The position numbers and the translations under genes are program-made. The notes under the pieces are model-generated. The model saw only the letters and a program-made list of their open reading frames with translations. It searched no databases and was not told the origin of the DNA. Below, in pieces: positions 25,801 to 36,086 of a stretch of 64,000 nucleotides of DNA; position 1 is the first letter of the stretch; the number at the start of each line of letters is the position of its first letter. Origin of the DNA: Leptogorgia sarmentosa. Its lineage: Eukaryota. Location of the stretch: NCBI GenBank assembly GCA_964658305.1, contig OZ210884.1, positions 1,364,001 through 1,428,000 on the forward strand. Direction: 5' to 3'.

Positions 25801-25894
25801 ACGTTTCTTGCCCATCGCTGGGTTCAGAAGCGATATTTCCCCCTTGGCCTTGCTGCCCGGTATTTATGGAAGTTCTTTCCGTATCGCCTTCCAT
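1855..25894 (-). CDS. RNF213: RNF213/mysterin-like E3 ubiquitin ligase, 5' part only (13 coding exons in window; gene continues beyond the left edge)
   Basis: Phase-consistent GT-AG exon chain on the minus strand: 25894-25744, 20258-19486, 18699-18614, 16882-16718, 15221-15025, 13334-13063, 10852-10599, 7997-7779, 5900-5699, 4592-4537, 3341-2975, 2388-2293, 1971-1855. Translation shows, in order, motifs I recognise from the RNF213 N-arm: TVVFHAILSKEF..KIVIRG..W, RLLLRGELKIP...YKYILL...YE...DRCL, IHKYDGFV, IPLLHF...WWGLE, DRLLKRTFLLL, ELQAWNQLLSL...W. AAA+ and RING domains lie outside the window, so the family call rests on recalled N-terminal similarity. Confidence 0.78.
3948..4008. repeat. 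17-bp tandem repeat (aatgttttcttcatata x3.5)
   Basis: Visible direct repeats. Confidence 0.85.
4660..5050. mobile_element. Non-autonomous palindromic element (Crypton-like), related to 52977-53352
   Basis: Palindrome ggggtattcgagaaaaaattac...GCGAAGC (4728-4734)...gtaatttttctcgaatacccc; ends atcagttat and gaggtataat match the 52977-53352 copy in reverse. Confidence 0.6.
5190..5234 (-). ncRNA. Minimal type I hammerhead ribozyme motif (Penelope-like element type)
   Basis: Minus strand reads atcgc-CTGATGA-tcgctttaaaagcgt-GAAA-cactgt-GTA-gcgat: 5-bp stem I, complete core, stem II cgctt/aagcg with a U.U closing mismatch, very short stem III, GUA cleavage triplet, AATAAA about 15 nt downstream. 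Confidence 0.65.
6221..6433. mobile_element. Tc1/mariner-type MITE
   Basis: TIR CAGTACTGTGCAAAAGT...ACTTTTGCACAGTACTG with about 70 bp of imperfect inverted arms, flanked by TA on both sides. Confidence 0.85.
6567..6812. mobile_element. P-element-like MITE (copy 1)
   Basis: TIR CACAGAGTATATATCATACAGAGATGTAACTG; perfect 7-bp TSD ATAATAT. Confidence 0.8.
7316..7360 (-). ncRNA. Type I hammerhead ribozyme motif with palindromic stem III (A15.1G variant)
   Basis: Minus strand reads ctgca-CTGATGA-ggcg-taaa-cgcc-GAAG-catgcgcat-GTA-tgcag: perfect stems I and II, palindromic CATGCGCATG stem III, GUA triplet. One core deviation (GAAG instead of GAAA). Confidence 0.7.
8656..9903 (-). pseudogene. Crypton tyrosine recombinase (DUF3504, ZMYM/KCTD1-like) pseudogene
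   Basis: Pieced across frames: MAAVSGEQRF...KNKNTSISTKFWIAVFKSW...LQQFYAEVRNKDGQDYEPDSL...FGLRGRQEH...EYVEFAEGMTQTKTRGGGL...RCPVSLFKEYLSRRP...PFYL...EIWFK|SNVERSSIVKVT-GHRNLQSLDDY. Frameshifts near 9305, 9115 and 9025; the HxxR box segment is missing. Confidence 0.85.
9972..10075. repeat. 21-bp tandem repeat (x5) in the Crypton 5' region
   Basis: gttacagatttttgcactgtt units. Related 21-bp arrays at 22214-22272 (reverse orientation) and about 54670-54750. Confidence 0.9.
12174..12334. mobile_element. Small poly-G/poly-C hAT-like MITE; related copies at about 26416-26560 and 59097-59239
   Basis: gggccgtggctagaacgttaattg(n)gtatattcatatatt...aatatatgaatata(c)n...tacggccctg recurs three times. 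Confidence 0.6.
12432..12890. mobile_element. Non-autonomous palindromic element (Crypton-like); further copies at about 17625-18060, 18468-18556 and 28605-28832
   Basis: About 75-bp arms around caacGAg-GCGAAGC-cGAgttg (12511-12517). Hairpin arms recur near-identically at 17925-18060 and 18468-18556; the downstream body recurs at 28605-28832. Confidence 0.7.
13706..14615. mobile_element. Foldback element with about 300-bp inverted arms
   Basis: 13711-14014 is the reverse complement of about 14339-14606 (atttgccctt...aagcgaaaagagaatctcattaagataatcttgcacct). Confidence 0.75.
15735..16030 (+). pseudogene. BEL/Pao LTR-retrotransposon gag fragment (DUF1759-like)
   Basis: From 15860: MENKAKSTQAKLPKLRISPFNGTPVDWIKFENMFTTQVHEKPISDEEKIGYLLELLN, matching the KLPKLxIxxFxG...W..F...F...EK..YL pattern of Pao gag; upstream in-frame stops. 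Confidence 0.75.
18270..18422. repeat. About 30-bp tandem repeat (aaaatgtcctggatttatcc core, about 5 units)
   Basis: Visible direct repeats. Confidence 0.7.
19740..20210 (-). repeat. Coding 30-bp minisatellite (about 15 units of EKEGENKDAI-type decapeptide) in RNF213-like exon 2
   Basis: Direct repeats of gccttccttctcaatagcgtctttgttctc and variants; open in the exon frame with no stops. Confidence 0.95.
20555..20870 (-). mobile_element. Crypton-like remnant
   Basis: Minus strand SESDAKVMLEAYLKARQIENYEE...KLYGFLVKFW* resembles Crypton YR N-termini; adjacent degenerate palindrome ggggtatacgagat...tcgaagc...atctcgtatacccc. Confidence 0.4.
20983..21420. mobile_element. PIF/Harbinger-type MITE
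   Basis: TIR GGGGCCGATT(G/A)CATGGA...; TAA TSD on both sides; internal repeated TTCAACCCCGGGGTTGAA palindromes. Confidence 0.85.
22152..22748 (+). mobile_element. Non-autonomous Crypton derivative related to the 8236-10143 element
   Basis: Same termini in reverse orientation (tactcgactgtgattggtt at one end, aaccatactattacctat at the other), 21-bp array, aaacATGGCGGC start remnant and the gcacGAgtccGAAggac hairpin; ORF deleted. Confidence 0.8.
23345..23552. repeat. Dispersed repeat; inverted copy at about 53405-53641
   Basis: tgatatatactaagactggatagtgcacctgctatgaataaatgaa...gatgtctaaaaagtttctatacgtttcta matches the reverse complement of 53405-53641. Confidence 0.75.
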
Positions 25895-25984
25895 ACGAGC
25901 AAAACGTCTAAAAATTCGGCCTACATTCGAACGATTTTTGTTGCAATGTTTACCTGATAATCTGTAAATCTGAATGAATAAACA

Positions 25985-26195
25985 ACAAAATCGAAAGTAA
26001 ATGACTTCGTTTCCTGCAAATAAGGGGTTTTTCCCACAGGCGAGTGCGGGAAAATATCCTGTCTGGGCATCTTTGGTTTTCCCGAAACTTAACCGGAAGT
26101 AATCTTGTGCAACAGTTCGAGTAGCTTCCGCGGAAAGGGAAAAATTGCTCTGGTGGGGCCATGCCCAATTCTTGCAATAGCTTTCCTGGTAAATG
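25985..26195 (-). promoter_or_regulatory. Putative immune-responsive promoter of the RNF213-like gene (kB-, STAT-, IRF- and ETS-like motif cluster)
   Basis: Within about 300 bp upstream of the ATG: AAAATCGAAAGT (25987-25998), GGGGTTTTTCCC (26024-26035), GGGAAAATATCC (26048-26059), TTCCCGAAA (26079-26087), CCGGAAGT (26093-26100), TTCCGCGGAA (26126-26135), TTCCTGGTAA (26183-26192). Motif matches only. Confidence 0.5.
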
Positions 26196-26929
26196 GTAAT
26201 GTTTCAAGGTCAGAAAGTTTGCGTATAAAGCACATTTATAAACGGGTGTTCATTGTGTTCCCCACTGAGCTATACTAATGGTAGCATGTTTCCACAAACA
26301 ACGAACCCGGCAAAGTCATATCCGATAAACGTAAGGTGAGTGCAGCTATACGTTGGAGAAAACCAAGTATCTGTTTCATCTAGTGTGCGCCGGGCTTTTG
26401 ACACGATGTTGGATACAGGGGCGAAACTAGAGCGTCAATTCGGGGGGGGGGAGGGGGGTATTCATATATTTGTGTTCTACCCGGCAGGATTCTTTTCAAA
26501 TCAGTTGGTTTTGAATTAATTTCAAAGGAAATCCGTTGGGCAAAACACGAATGCCACTGCTGTAAACTTAGCTTATTTAAGTGTAAGACAGACAGATTTA
26601 AGAACAGTTTCTTCCCAGCTATGTGCTCACATACTATGAACATGTCATAACCGTTGTCAATTAGGTTTACAATTTAATATTTCCATTTTTAGATACTTCC
26701 ATTCCCTAGTTTTAAAAAGTAATAGTAGTCTTCATACTTTTAAGCTTGTAAAAATACTATAATTCACTATTATTAGTGCGATTGTATTTTAAATATACCG
26801 TCTATTATTATTATTGTTATGTCACAATATTAATTCCTTTGTGTGGAAAGTGATCATGTTATTTTGATCATGTGTGTCTTACGTAGTGAACTTTGCTTGG
26901 CAAAAGTCAATTTGTTTTATTTTCTATAC

Positions 26930-27856
26930 CATAGGTAGCCCAACGCACGCATGACGTAGTATTAATTAGTATATAAATATGATAAGGTTGGCAAGTAAAC
27001 AATTAATATGACTCGCTACCCGCTTAAAACAAGGCGAAAAAATCAACCTCTTGCGAACAAACTTCGCTAAAAAATAGCAGCCCCTGCATCTATGATAGTA
27101 TTACTAAATATGTACAACGTTTTCAGGCAACAAAACGTGTGAAAAAGTCGAAAAAATACGTAAAGTTTCTTGCAATTTGCCGTGTCTCGATGCTGGATGC
27201 CTGTTGCCGTGCAAAAATTGCCGTTTGAAATGACGAATACGCGATCCTATTGGTGGGCTGTTATGTCGGTTGATTTATAACCAATAGGATCGCGTATTCG
27301 TTATTTCAAACGGTAATTTTTGCACGGCAACAGGCATCCAGCATCGGGACACGGCAAATTGAAAGAAACATTTCGTATTTTTTCGACTTTTTCACACGTT
27401 TTGTTGCCTAAAAACGTTGTACATATTTAGTAATACTATCATAGAAGCAGGGGCTGCTATTTTTTAACGAAGTTTGTTCGCAAGAGGTTAATTTTTTCGC
27501 CTTGTTTTAAGCGGTAGCGAGTCATATTATTGTTTACTTGCCAACCTTATCATATTTATATACTAATTAATACTACCACAGAGGATATATCATCCAGAGA
27601 TATAACTGGTGTAAATCAATATGAAAAAACTCGCATTTTCACGTACCCACTTTTTTTTCAATGCGATCGGCAAAAAATGATCAACTGCGCATGCTTGGCA
27701 AGTTTAAATTTAGACGTCATCAGGTCGTCATCCAATCAGATGCACGTATCTAGTAACTTGCCGAGCATGCGCACAAAAAAAGTGGGTACAACAGTTACAT
27801 CTCTGTATGATATATACTCTGTGATACTACGTCATGCGTGCGTTGGGCTACCTATG
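26930..27856. mobile_element. Foldback MITE with about 330-bp arms (P-like termini)
   Basis: CATAGGTAGCCCAACGCACGCATGACGTAGTA...TACTACGTCATGCGTGCGTTGGGCTACCTATG; centre near 27265; TSD tctatac/tttatac. Confidence 0.85.
27577..27823. mobile_element. P-element-like MITE (copy 2, inverted), nested in the 26930-27856 foldback
   Basis: Near-identical reverse complement of 6567-6812; perfect 7-bp TSD ATACTAC. Confidence 0.85.
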
Positions 27857-27863
27857 TTTATAC

Positions 27864-28600
27864 CAGTGAACTCTATATATTATATCTGGAACGATAACAT
27901 AGAGCGAAAAGTGAAGCCAACAAAAGTATCACGACAGAAGTGTTCGTCATTGTCTTCGTTATAAATAAACCGACAAAAGATCGCGTCAGCGATGTCAGAA
28001 GGCATCCAGCATCGAGACACGGCAAATTGAAAGAAATTTTTCGTATTTTTTCGACTTTTTCACTCGTTTTGTTGCCAAAAAACGTTCAACGTTGTATGTA
28101 TTTAGTAACACTATCCTAGAAGTAGGGGCTGCTATTTTTTAGCGACGTTTGTTGGCAAGACGTTGATTTTTTCGACTTGGTTTAGTAAGCCGTAGTAAGT
28201 CACATTATTGTTTACTTGCCAACCTTATAATATTTATATACTAATAAATACTGCTATGGTTTACAAAGAAAAACCGTCTGAATCGGTTATCTTTCTTTTT
28301 CTGACAGCGAACGCAATGCGATAAATTTTAGGAGCAAAACAGTTTGTTCCTACAATGTATTGCATTGCGTTGGCGATATTTTTTAAATGTTTTTTTCTTG
28401 ATTGCGTTCGCATTTATACTGGCCGCGTAACGGTTTGCAGAGGGGGAATGAAACTGACGTCCAAACCGCGTAAACTTGACGTTTGAGGGACTGAGGCTGA
28501 CGTCCTAACCGCGTAAAAGACTAGTACCGAGGCTTCACGTTTTTCGCATTGAATGACTGAATGTTATCGTTCCAGATATATATATATATAGAGTTCACTG
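27864..28600. mobile_element. hAT-like MITE carrying a copy of the neighbouring foldback arm
   Basis: TIR CAGTGAACTCTATATA...TATATAGAGTTCACTG, 8-bp TSD GTTTATAC; internal 28000-28250 resembles 27331-27575. Confidence 0.75.
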
Positions 28601-28936
28601 GTTTATACCCGCCAATTTGTTTTATTGGTTTACTAAATAAAATTCCATCGCTCACATGGTCGCCATTAAATGCGTGCGATAATAACATTTTGAGTGATTG
28701 AAAATAATTAAAACCACCATGCAATTGGAAAGAAATATTCTCACGGTTCCATTGCACGATCATGAAAATGGAATTTCTATTTTATATCACGTGATCGTAA
28801 ATAAGCAATTAATTTAACAAAGTGTTAGATAAATCTAGATGTAAAGTTTAGATCTTATATGTTCATTGAATGTTCGGTGCTACTTCCGAGAGTATGGTAC
28901 TGGTACTGGTTTCAACCCAATCGGAAAGTGTCGTAT

Positions 28937-29001
28937 CTTTTCGCGTACGTACGACGTATGTAATTTTGTATCATATTTCGCGGGAGAAAATCAAAATGGC
29001 T
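28937..29001 (+). promoter_or_regulatory. Putative E2F/YY1-type promoter of the RAD51AP1-like gene
   Basis: TTTTCGCG (28938-28945), TTTCGCGGGA (28976-28985) and AAAATGGC (28993-29000) just upstream of the first exon. Confidence 0.45.
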
Positions 29002-29073
29002 GAATTTTGACACATCATTTGCTGATTATTTTTACATTTGCGATGAGAACTTTTGACTTATAAATGGAATTAC

Positions 29074-32000
29074 ATGATGACTTCGAAGCGAAAGTCTCAC
29101 AGGTATGAGTAATCCCATAACTGCCGATTTTTATGTCAATAAAACGCAACATTCAGCCGATTCGGGTCGAGTTAGCCACTGACTACAATAACTACATACA
29201 CTACAGCACATTCTGTGGGATCATGTTAGAGTATTTTCGATGAACTAAGGTGTTTATCTCGTATGTACGGATGTTTAACATTCATTTAGCATACGCGGAT
29301 CTCGAATATCACCTTGTGACAACAACAAACGTTTGACTCGTACATGATGAATCTGTTGTGACTCGTATTGCAGGGTACAAATATAAGCAAATATAAACGA
29401 CATCCACAAGCAGCAGAATTTATTCTTACTACCAAAGCGATACAATGAAGCATTTTTCATTATATATATTTTCATCTTTCCCCAAACAGGCAACAAGTGA
29501 ACTTTTTTGAATAATCTATAGCATTCAAATTTAGAATTTTTCAAGCCCCCCCCCCTGGAAATGGGAGCAAGAAATATTTGGCAACACCCACCCTGCCTGA
29601 AATTACGAAAAATTTCAATCTTCTCCTGGAGAATGTTAACATGCTAAAATGCTTGCGAAAATCACTGATCACTTTGGGGCTTCGAATTCCAAAATATTGA
29701 ATTCTTACTTGTCTGCCAGTTAGTGATTTTATTTTGGGTGACTTTATATATCATTATCTTCTACCTATGCTAGCTACATAATAAATTCTAGATATTTACT
29801 CACTGGGTTGCATTAATGTTATGTTATCTCGATAAATAAGAAGCAGAATAAATTAGGGTGTAATTTTCTTCTTTAGCTGTCGATACAGTAGGGAGTATAT
29901 TTGCATCGAATTGTGTTCAAACTCCATGAATTCAACAGTACTCAGTTGTTTCAATATCCAATGAACCTCTAATGATTTCTGCTGCACTTAATTGTTTCAC
30001 TCTGTCAGCTAAATCATTTGCGAGCACTCATTGAAGAGGAGTTCTAATATAGTGCCAAATAATGTGCTTAATAACCAAGAACTATGTTTCACTTTTGCTC
30101 ATCAAGAGAAAGAACCTCCCAAGCATGGCTTGAATAAAAGGTTGAATTCTCCTCTATGTTTAAATGCCACAGGTTTTGTGCAGGATTTAGGAATTTCATT
30201 TATATATTGTACAGAATTGGGAGACATGGAATTACACCTCGGGGACCGCGGAGCGGATTTAAATGTGTGGGTGCCAGAATATCCTTCCGGAAATTTATAA
30301 TTCTTAACATGTCTCCTCTCGTCACCCAAACCAGTGCAGAGAGGCTGTAATATATTTTTGTTTTACCAACGGGTATCATTCTCAACATTAGGGGAGGGGG
30401 TGTCGCACCTTCCACACACTTCACCTATGTTCCAACCAATATAAAATTCATGCCAGGAAAGGTTAGAAGTGGCATGTAGATTGAGTTCTCCAAATAAAGC
30501 AAATTTGAATCGTTTCAGTGTTCAGTCACTAGGTATTCACGATAAATTGTCATCTGAAAATCTGTACGCTAATGTATTGCACAAGAGCGTAAATTGTACA
30601 TATCCAACTACGTTCAATAAGTTGGCTCTGCAGTAATGAATAAAGCAAGGAAATCGGGTATATCCGATTCTGTTCTTCACAGTTGCGGACGTTACGTCAA
30701 ACTACTCTCCGTTGCGCGATTATCAGCTGCGCTGAACTTTCACTGAACTTCATGTGCCGAAAAGTGGGGGCGGGGCATGGCTCCCCTGCCCCCACCCCCA
30801 GTTCCGCGGTCCCTGCACCTTTTGATTTAAAAGCTTTTACATATATAGCAAATATTACAGTATCAATATGCTATAGTCTCGTAGGAATAATATGTTATTA
30901 TATCAATTGTAATTAGAATTGTGGTTTGTATCTTGTTAGGAGTGTTAGCAGAAAAACTATTAACTATTCCGACAGCAACTCCAACTATGAAAGTGATGGT
31001 AAGTACTGTATGCATGTGTGCCATAACCTGCAGTAAATCGTTGTTTTTATACATTGTTGTGCATTTCGACTGGTCAATAGACCTTTCCCCTTGTAGACGA
31101 ACTTTTGAATTGTGAAGTTTGGTTGCAAAATACCGTGAAATGCGGAAAATACAGTCATTTTAAGTTTGTGAATTTTGTATACTTTTGTACGCATGGCGAA
31201 GTGGTAATAATAACTTTGCCGTGCGTAATACAGAAGTATGCAAAATTAACAAACTTTAAACGACCGTATTTCAAAACGTTTACGATATTTTGTGACCAAA
31301 CTTCACAGTTTTACAAAATTTATGATGCTCTTTTGGCTTTCGAGTACCCCGCCATTTTAAGGCCTGCTGCACGTTAATAGACTAAATATGTCAAATGAAC
31401 TTCAAAATCATCAAATTGCTTCATTCCCAATTTCCCATTCATGTTATGGTCAGAGTCAGGGTTTGGGTGAGGTTTCATTATTGCACTTTAATTTTCAACA
31501 GAAGTCAAAGAGCTTGTGACTTTATTATCATGCAAAAATACGAAATCCAAATTGGCGGGGGTATTCTATAATTATTTCCAACCTGCAGATATCTGTATGT
31601 TGGAGCACGTTACATTATACTCGCCTCAATCATAATAATCACAAAAGTGAAAAGCCTCTCAGTGTAATACATTTTTTACTCTAGTACAAACTGTTACAGA
31701 ATCATCGTTAGAGATATTGAAAACTAGACTCGTATTAATCTCACATTGCAGAGAACAACAGAAAATTCGTTTCTGATAAAATTATAAACACAGGCTGGAA
31801 GTGGTCTTGTGTGGTCCCATCCCAGCCGGCCACACATCCATTTTATTAACCATGTGTAAGCAACAGCTCCTGAATATCTTAAAAACTAATAATGAGTTAG
31901 TGTACAGAATTTTCATGCACAGAATGGGATATTTATTTTCGTTCGGTATATGCTTACAATTATATACCTTTTATCTTAAGTTCAGAATAATGTTCATATT

Positions 32001-35000
32001 CCGAAAAAAATCGAGAAAAGATCACGCACAATACCGCAAGCGCAATATATTCTATAGAGAGAAAGCTTCCAGACGTGTTCATCTTATGACGTCACACGCG
32101 CCAATATGGCGGATCAAAAAATTCGGATGCGAAGTCGCAATTTGACGGCAAAATTAATCAGCTTGCAGTCAACGTACAGTGGACATTTATATATCAAAAT
32201 TCATCTAAAATCCTAAATATTGTTTAAGGCGGAAAAAAATACTATTAAATCGCGATTGTGTAGCTACATGCCTCCAAACACACCACGAATTAACGCTTTA
32301 TGAAGTGTCTCTGGTGCTATTTCTGGTGCTATTTATGATGATACCCTACAATGACGGTTCGCATTTTGCAGACGATTTTGAAGAAGAATTTGAACCGCGA
32401 TCCAAAAAATCTAAAACAAGAGTGATCGGCGACAAAGATGTGATTGAACAGCAAAAAAATGAGAGGAAAAATCCAGCACAGAGGTATACAGTTTCTAAAT
32501 CATTCTGAAACCTTGAACACTAAGCTCGCAAGTGATGGTGGATGTTGCTTATCAAGAGCCTCTGAACGGGCAAATTACCTTAGCAAACAAGCTGGTCTAT
32601 ACAGTTACTATTCCTGGGTTTTAGGCTCTATAAAAATCCCCCATCATCCTTTAGGCTGTTTAAGAGACAACCAGTTTTCTCTTGTCATATCATATGTCTT
32701 CTCTGTATATTTTCCCTTCCGTTATATTACAAGCAGACCTCATATTCGTAATTGAAGAAAAAAGGAGTACACTAAAATCCGAAATTAAACTTCCGTTTTT
32801 TGGTACCCCCCATATTCACTATAGGTAATCAGGTAATTTTTTATAATAACGAATTTTCTACATTACTTTCCAGGCTTTCTGTTGCTGAGAAGCTTTATCA
32901 AAGAGATCTAGAAACAGCTCTTCAAATTTCCCTTTCCAATTCTACATCAGAGAAAGAAGAACAAAGCCATCTTGTTAAAAAAGCCAAAACAAAGAACGTT
33001 ATTACCATAAAAGGTAAGAATAATACAATAATATACAAAATTTACTGACGGCTTCAAAGGGTTATATTTATTTATTTATTTAACTTCGCCTATTACAAAT
33101 AACAGTTAGGCCGGGATACCACAACAGTTAAATAAAAACCAATTACTGTGGATTAATTATTATTTCTTGCATTTTACAACTTTTTTCAACCAAACTTTTG
33201 CAATTTTCCAACTCTGGCACTCTCTTTAACGATGCTCTAATCCATTTTACTATTTCGAACATTTTTCAAATTTTGTGTACTGCGAATCAAGCTGGTCAAT
33301 GAATAACTTAACAATCAAAGCTGAATAACAAATACTCGATTCGAGCAAATCGTATAGTCGCGTCGAACGTCATATTGTCCTATCGAGCATAAGTGGTAAA
33401 GTCTTTGTGGTTTTATTACGGTCTCGAATTCTGCGCAATCCATCCAATTTGCAATGCTAGATGGTGGAACGGAAGTTTGCAATTTCGCTAATTGTAAGTG
33501 AGGGATTTCGTTTTTTTCTGGCTCAAGATCTATAGGTATTAAATTGCAATTTTTTATTGCTCAGAGGATAGTGATTATGATCCCGATCAAGAAACTGTCA
33601 GCGAAGAAAAGGAAAATGATAGCGATTGGAGTGAAAGGGAAGTGAGGAAGAAACCTGTTTCAAAAGAAAAGAAATCCAAGAACAAACATTTGCTCGAATC
33701 TGGTACGATTAAACATTTTTCTAGTGACTCACAGTTAATGTGTCGTTGCTAGTTTTGATGTACTAGGTCTTTATGGGTACCGCTAGCTTGTAAAATAAAG
33801 ATATCCAGCAGTATCCCTTCAAGTTTTTTCCCTGACATTTACGCGATAGTACATACTGATGCTGTTATTAGTTTAAAACTGTATAATACGAGTGGGCAAT
33901 GGAAACGTCAGATTTCGAACGTGATTGGATCACCCCCGCCGCTGATAATACAAAATTATTTACAAAATTCTCAGACTTTACTTGTGAACTTTATTTTCTA
34001 CATTTTACGATGTCTTGTAACCGAACTTCAGTGAATTTTCCTTATTGAAATGTTTGTCCGAAAAGGATAGATCCATTCCATCTTTAGACTAATTTTTAAT
34101 CCAAGCAAAACGAAATCTATCACCTCAGTTCGAAAGAACCTCTTATAGAATCTGTAAAATTGCAAAGTTTTGCAGCAAAATGGTTTTGGTCCCAGTTCCT
34201 ATGTATATATGAGCATCCTCTGGTACATCTAGCACTTAATTAATTTAAAAATCTATCTTTTTCAGAGCAGGAAATGTGTTGCTAAAAGGCACTTTAGATA
34301 TAAATTGCGCATAGAAAATTATGTATGGATTATGTTTTGTACAAGCTTTTAATGTTTCGAGAATTGGTGCGCGCTAAGAGATTAGAGGACATAATAGCTA
34401 GATGTTCAAAAACTAAATTTTGCGCTGCTTCCTGAGTGCATTTCTCAAAACTTTGATAGCGTGCTCCACATTTGGACCCGATTTAATCAAAACGCGTACG
34501 GGTGGATAAAACGTTTGTTGTGCAGGCCATTTTTAAAGAGCCTCTTCAACAATATTTCCTGCTATAAAAAAATTCAAGTAAATTTAGTCCGACAAATGTA
34601 CCATGCAGAATACCATGCAGGGGATGTTAAGCTATCCAGGCTGGCTGTTTCCTCAGATTTTACGCGCTCGTTACAATTATATAGGGAATATTTTCCTGTT
34701 GTAAATATGTATATTTGTATTACGCGCACAGAAAGAGTTCCACAATACATATTCGCAAATTAAGTATGGCTATATTGTTCATATTTTCGAACCAAATTTT
34801 GCAATTGCACTAATGTTAAAACGCTGTTCCGAGCTGTTGTGATGAATTTCGTTCTTTTTGCCCGGACCAACCTTAAGTTAAAAATTTCAAATTTCCCATT
34901 GTTCAGAGGAAAGTGATTATGATCCCGAGCAAGAAACTGTCAGTGAAGAAAAGGAAAATGATAGCGATTGGAGTGAAAACGAAATGCGAAGAAAACCTGT

Positions 35001-36086
35001 ATCAAAAGAAACGAAAGCAGATAACAAACATTTGCTAATTGAACTAACGAAAAAATCAGGTATGAATTAACATTTTGCTGGTTGTATAGCTATTTACCAT
35101 TTCTGCGTGTAGACCAGTACCCGTAAACATCGACATCCGCCAGTATGCCTTTAAATTAGCCTGATATTGAACAAAGTGGACGATACTACAGAACGAAATA
35201 ATTGTGCAACTACAGAAATAGCCTACAAATGGTATCCAGTTATCATTTTTTTTTTGCTAAAATGTAGTTGTATTTTTATCGTCCGTTTTTCAAGCGTCGA
35301 CTACTGACGTGGGAAAAATTTCTGGTATCAAAGAAACACCGCAAGAATTACCGGAAGCAGCAGCACCTCCGATAAAAAAGACCACAACGGGCAAGAAGAC
35401 TGGCGATCTTGGTAAGTCAAAATGTATTTGCACGAAGTCAACTTCGTCCAAGACTGTTGGGCCAACACTGTTGCGTGATGTTGGATAAAAACTTTAAGCA
35501 AGCTCGCATCGCACCCATTTCCAACATCCAAACGAGATCAACATGTCGCATCTAACAATGTTGAATGATGTTGGACCAACACGCTTGAACAGGCCTTTAT
35601 GCGTTATGTACGTGTGGTGACTTCGCAGTTGGTATAGTGTAGCCGAATGAACCATAATTCCGAATTAGACAAACTTGTGAAAATTCTTTAGCACATGCAG
35701 CTGGATGTTATAAGAGCATCATAAATTAAGTAGAAATGCAATTGAAAATTTAGTTTGTTTACAAAATATTACAAAATATTTTCCGCATTATAAAACACTT
35801 TGCGGCCAAACTTTGGAATTTTACTAATTTTGAAATGCTCCCTCTAGCTCAGGTGATTTTCTTCTGGCGTATAGAACAGATTTCAAAATACTGAACTATG
35901 ATACAATATTTTCTGTTCCTAGAAAAAAACTCAACGTCCATGTCAAGGCCCGCGATCAACCGAAATCTCAGCTCTCTCGGCCTTGGTGGAGTCATCATAA
36001 AGAACCCGGGGCCTCCAATACGCGTGGGTCTGTCACGAAATATGAAAGTAAAACCTTTACACAGTAAGGTTTCCATTTCTCATTAG
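29074..36086 (+). CDS. RAD51AP1: RAD51-associated protein 1-like (about 303 aa, 8 exons)
   Basis: Phase-consistent exons 29074-29102, 30940-30998, 32372-32483, 32874-33013, 33565-33702, 34907-35059, 35295-35411, 35923-36086 (912 nt). Motifs: RKTINYSD...DDFEE, EKLYQRDLETALQIS, acidic DSDYDP segment and the C-terminal RAD51-binding motif IRVGLSRNMKVKPLH. Confidence 0.85.

Noticed and set aside
32085..32115. TGACGTCA plus AATATGGCGG as the RAD51AP1 start
   Set aside because: The ATG frame cannot be spliced in phase to the DDF exon; better exons exist at 29074 and 30940. Probably TE-derived.
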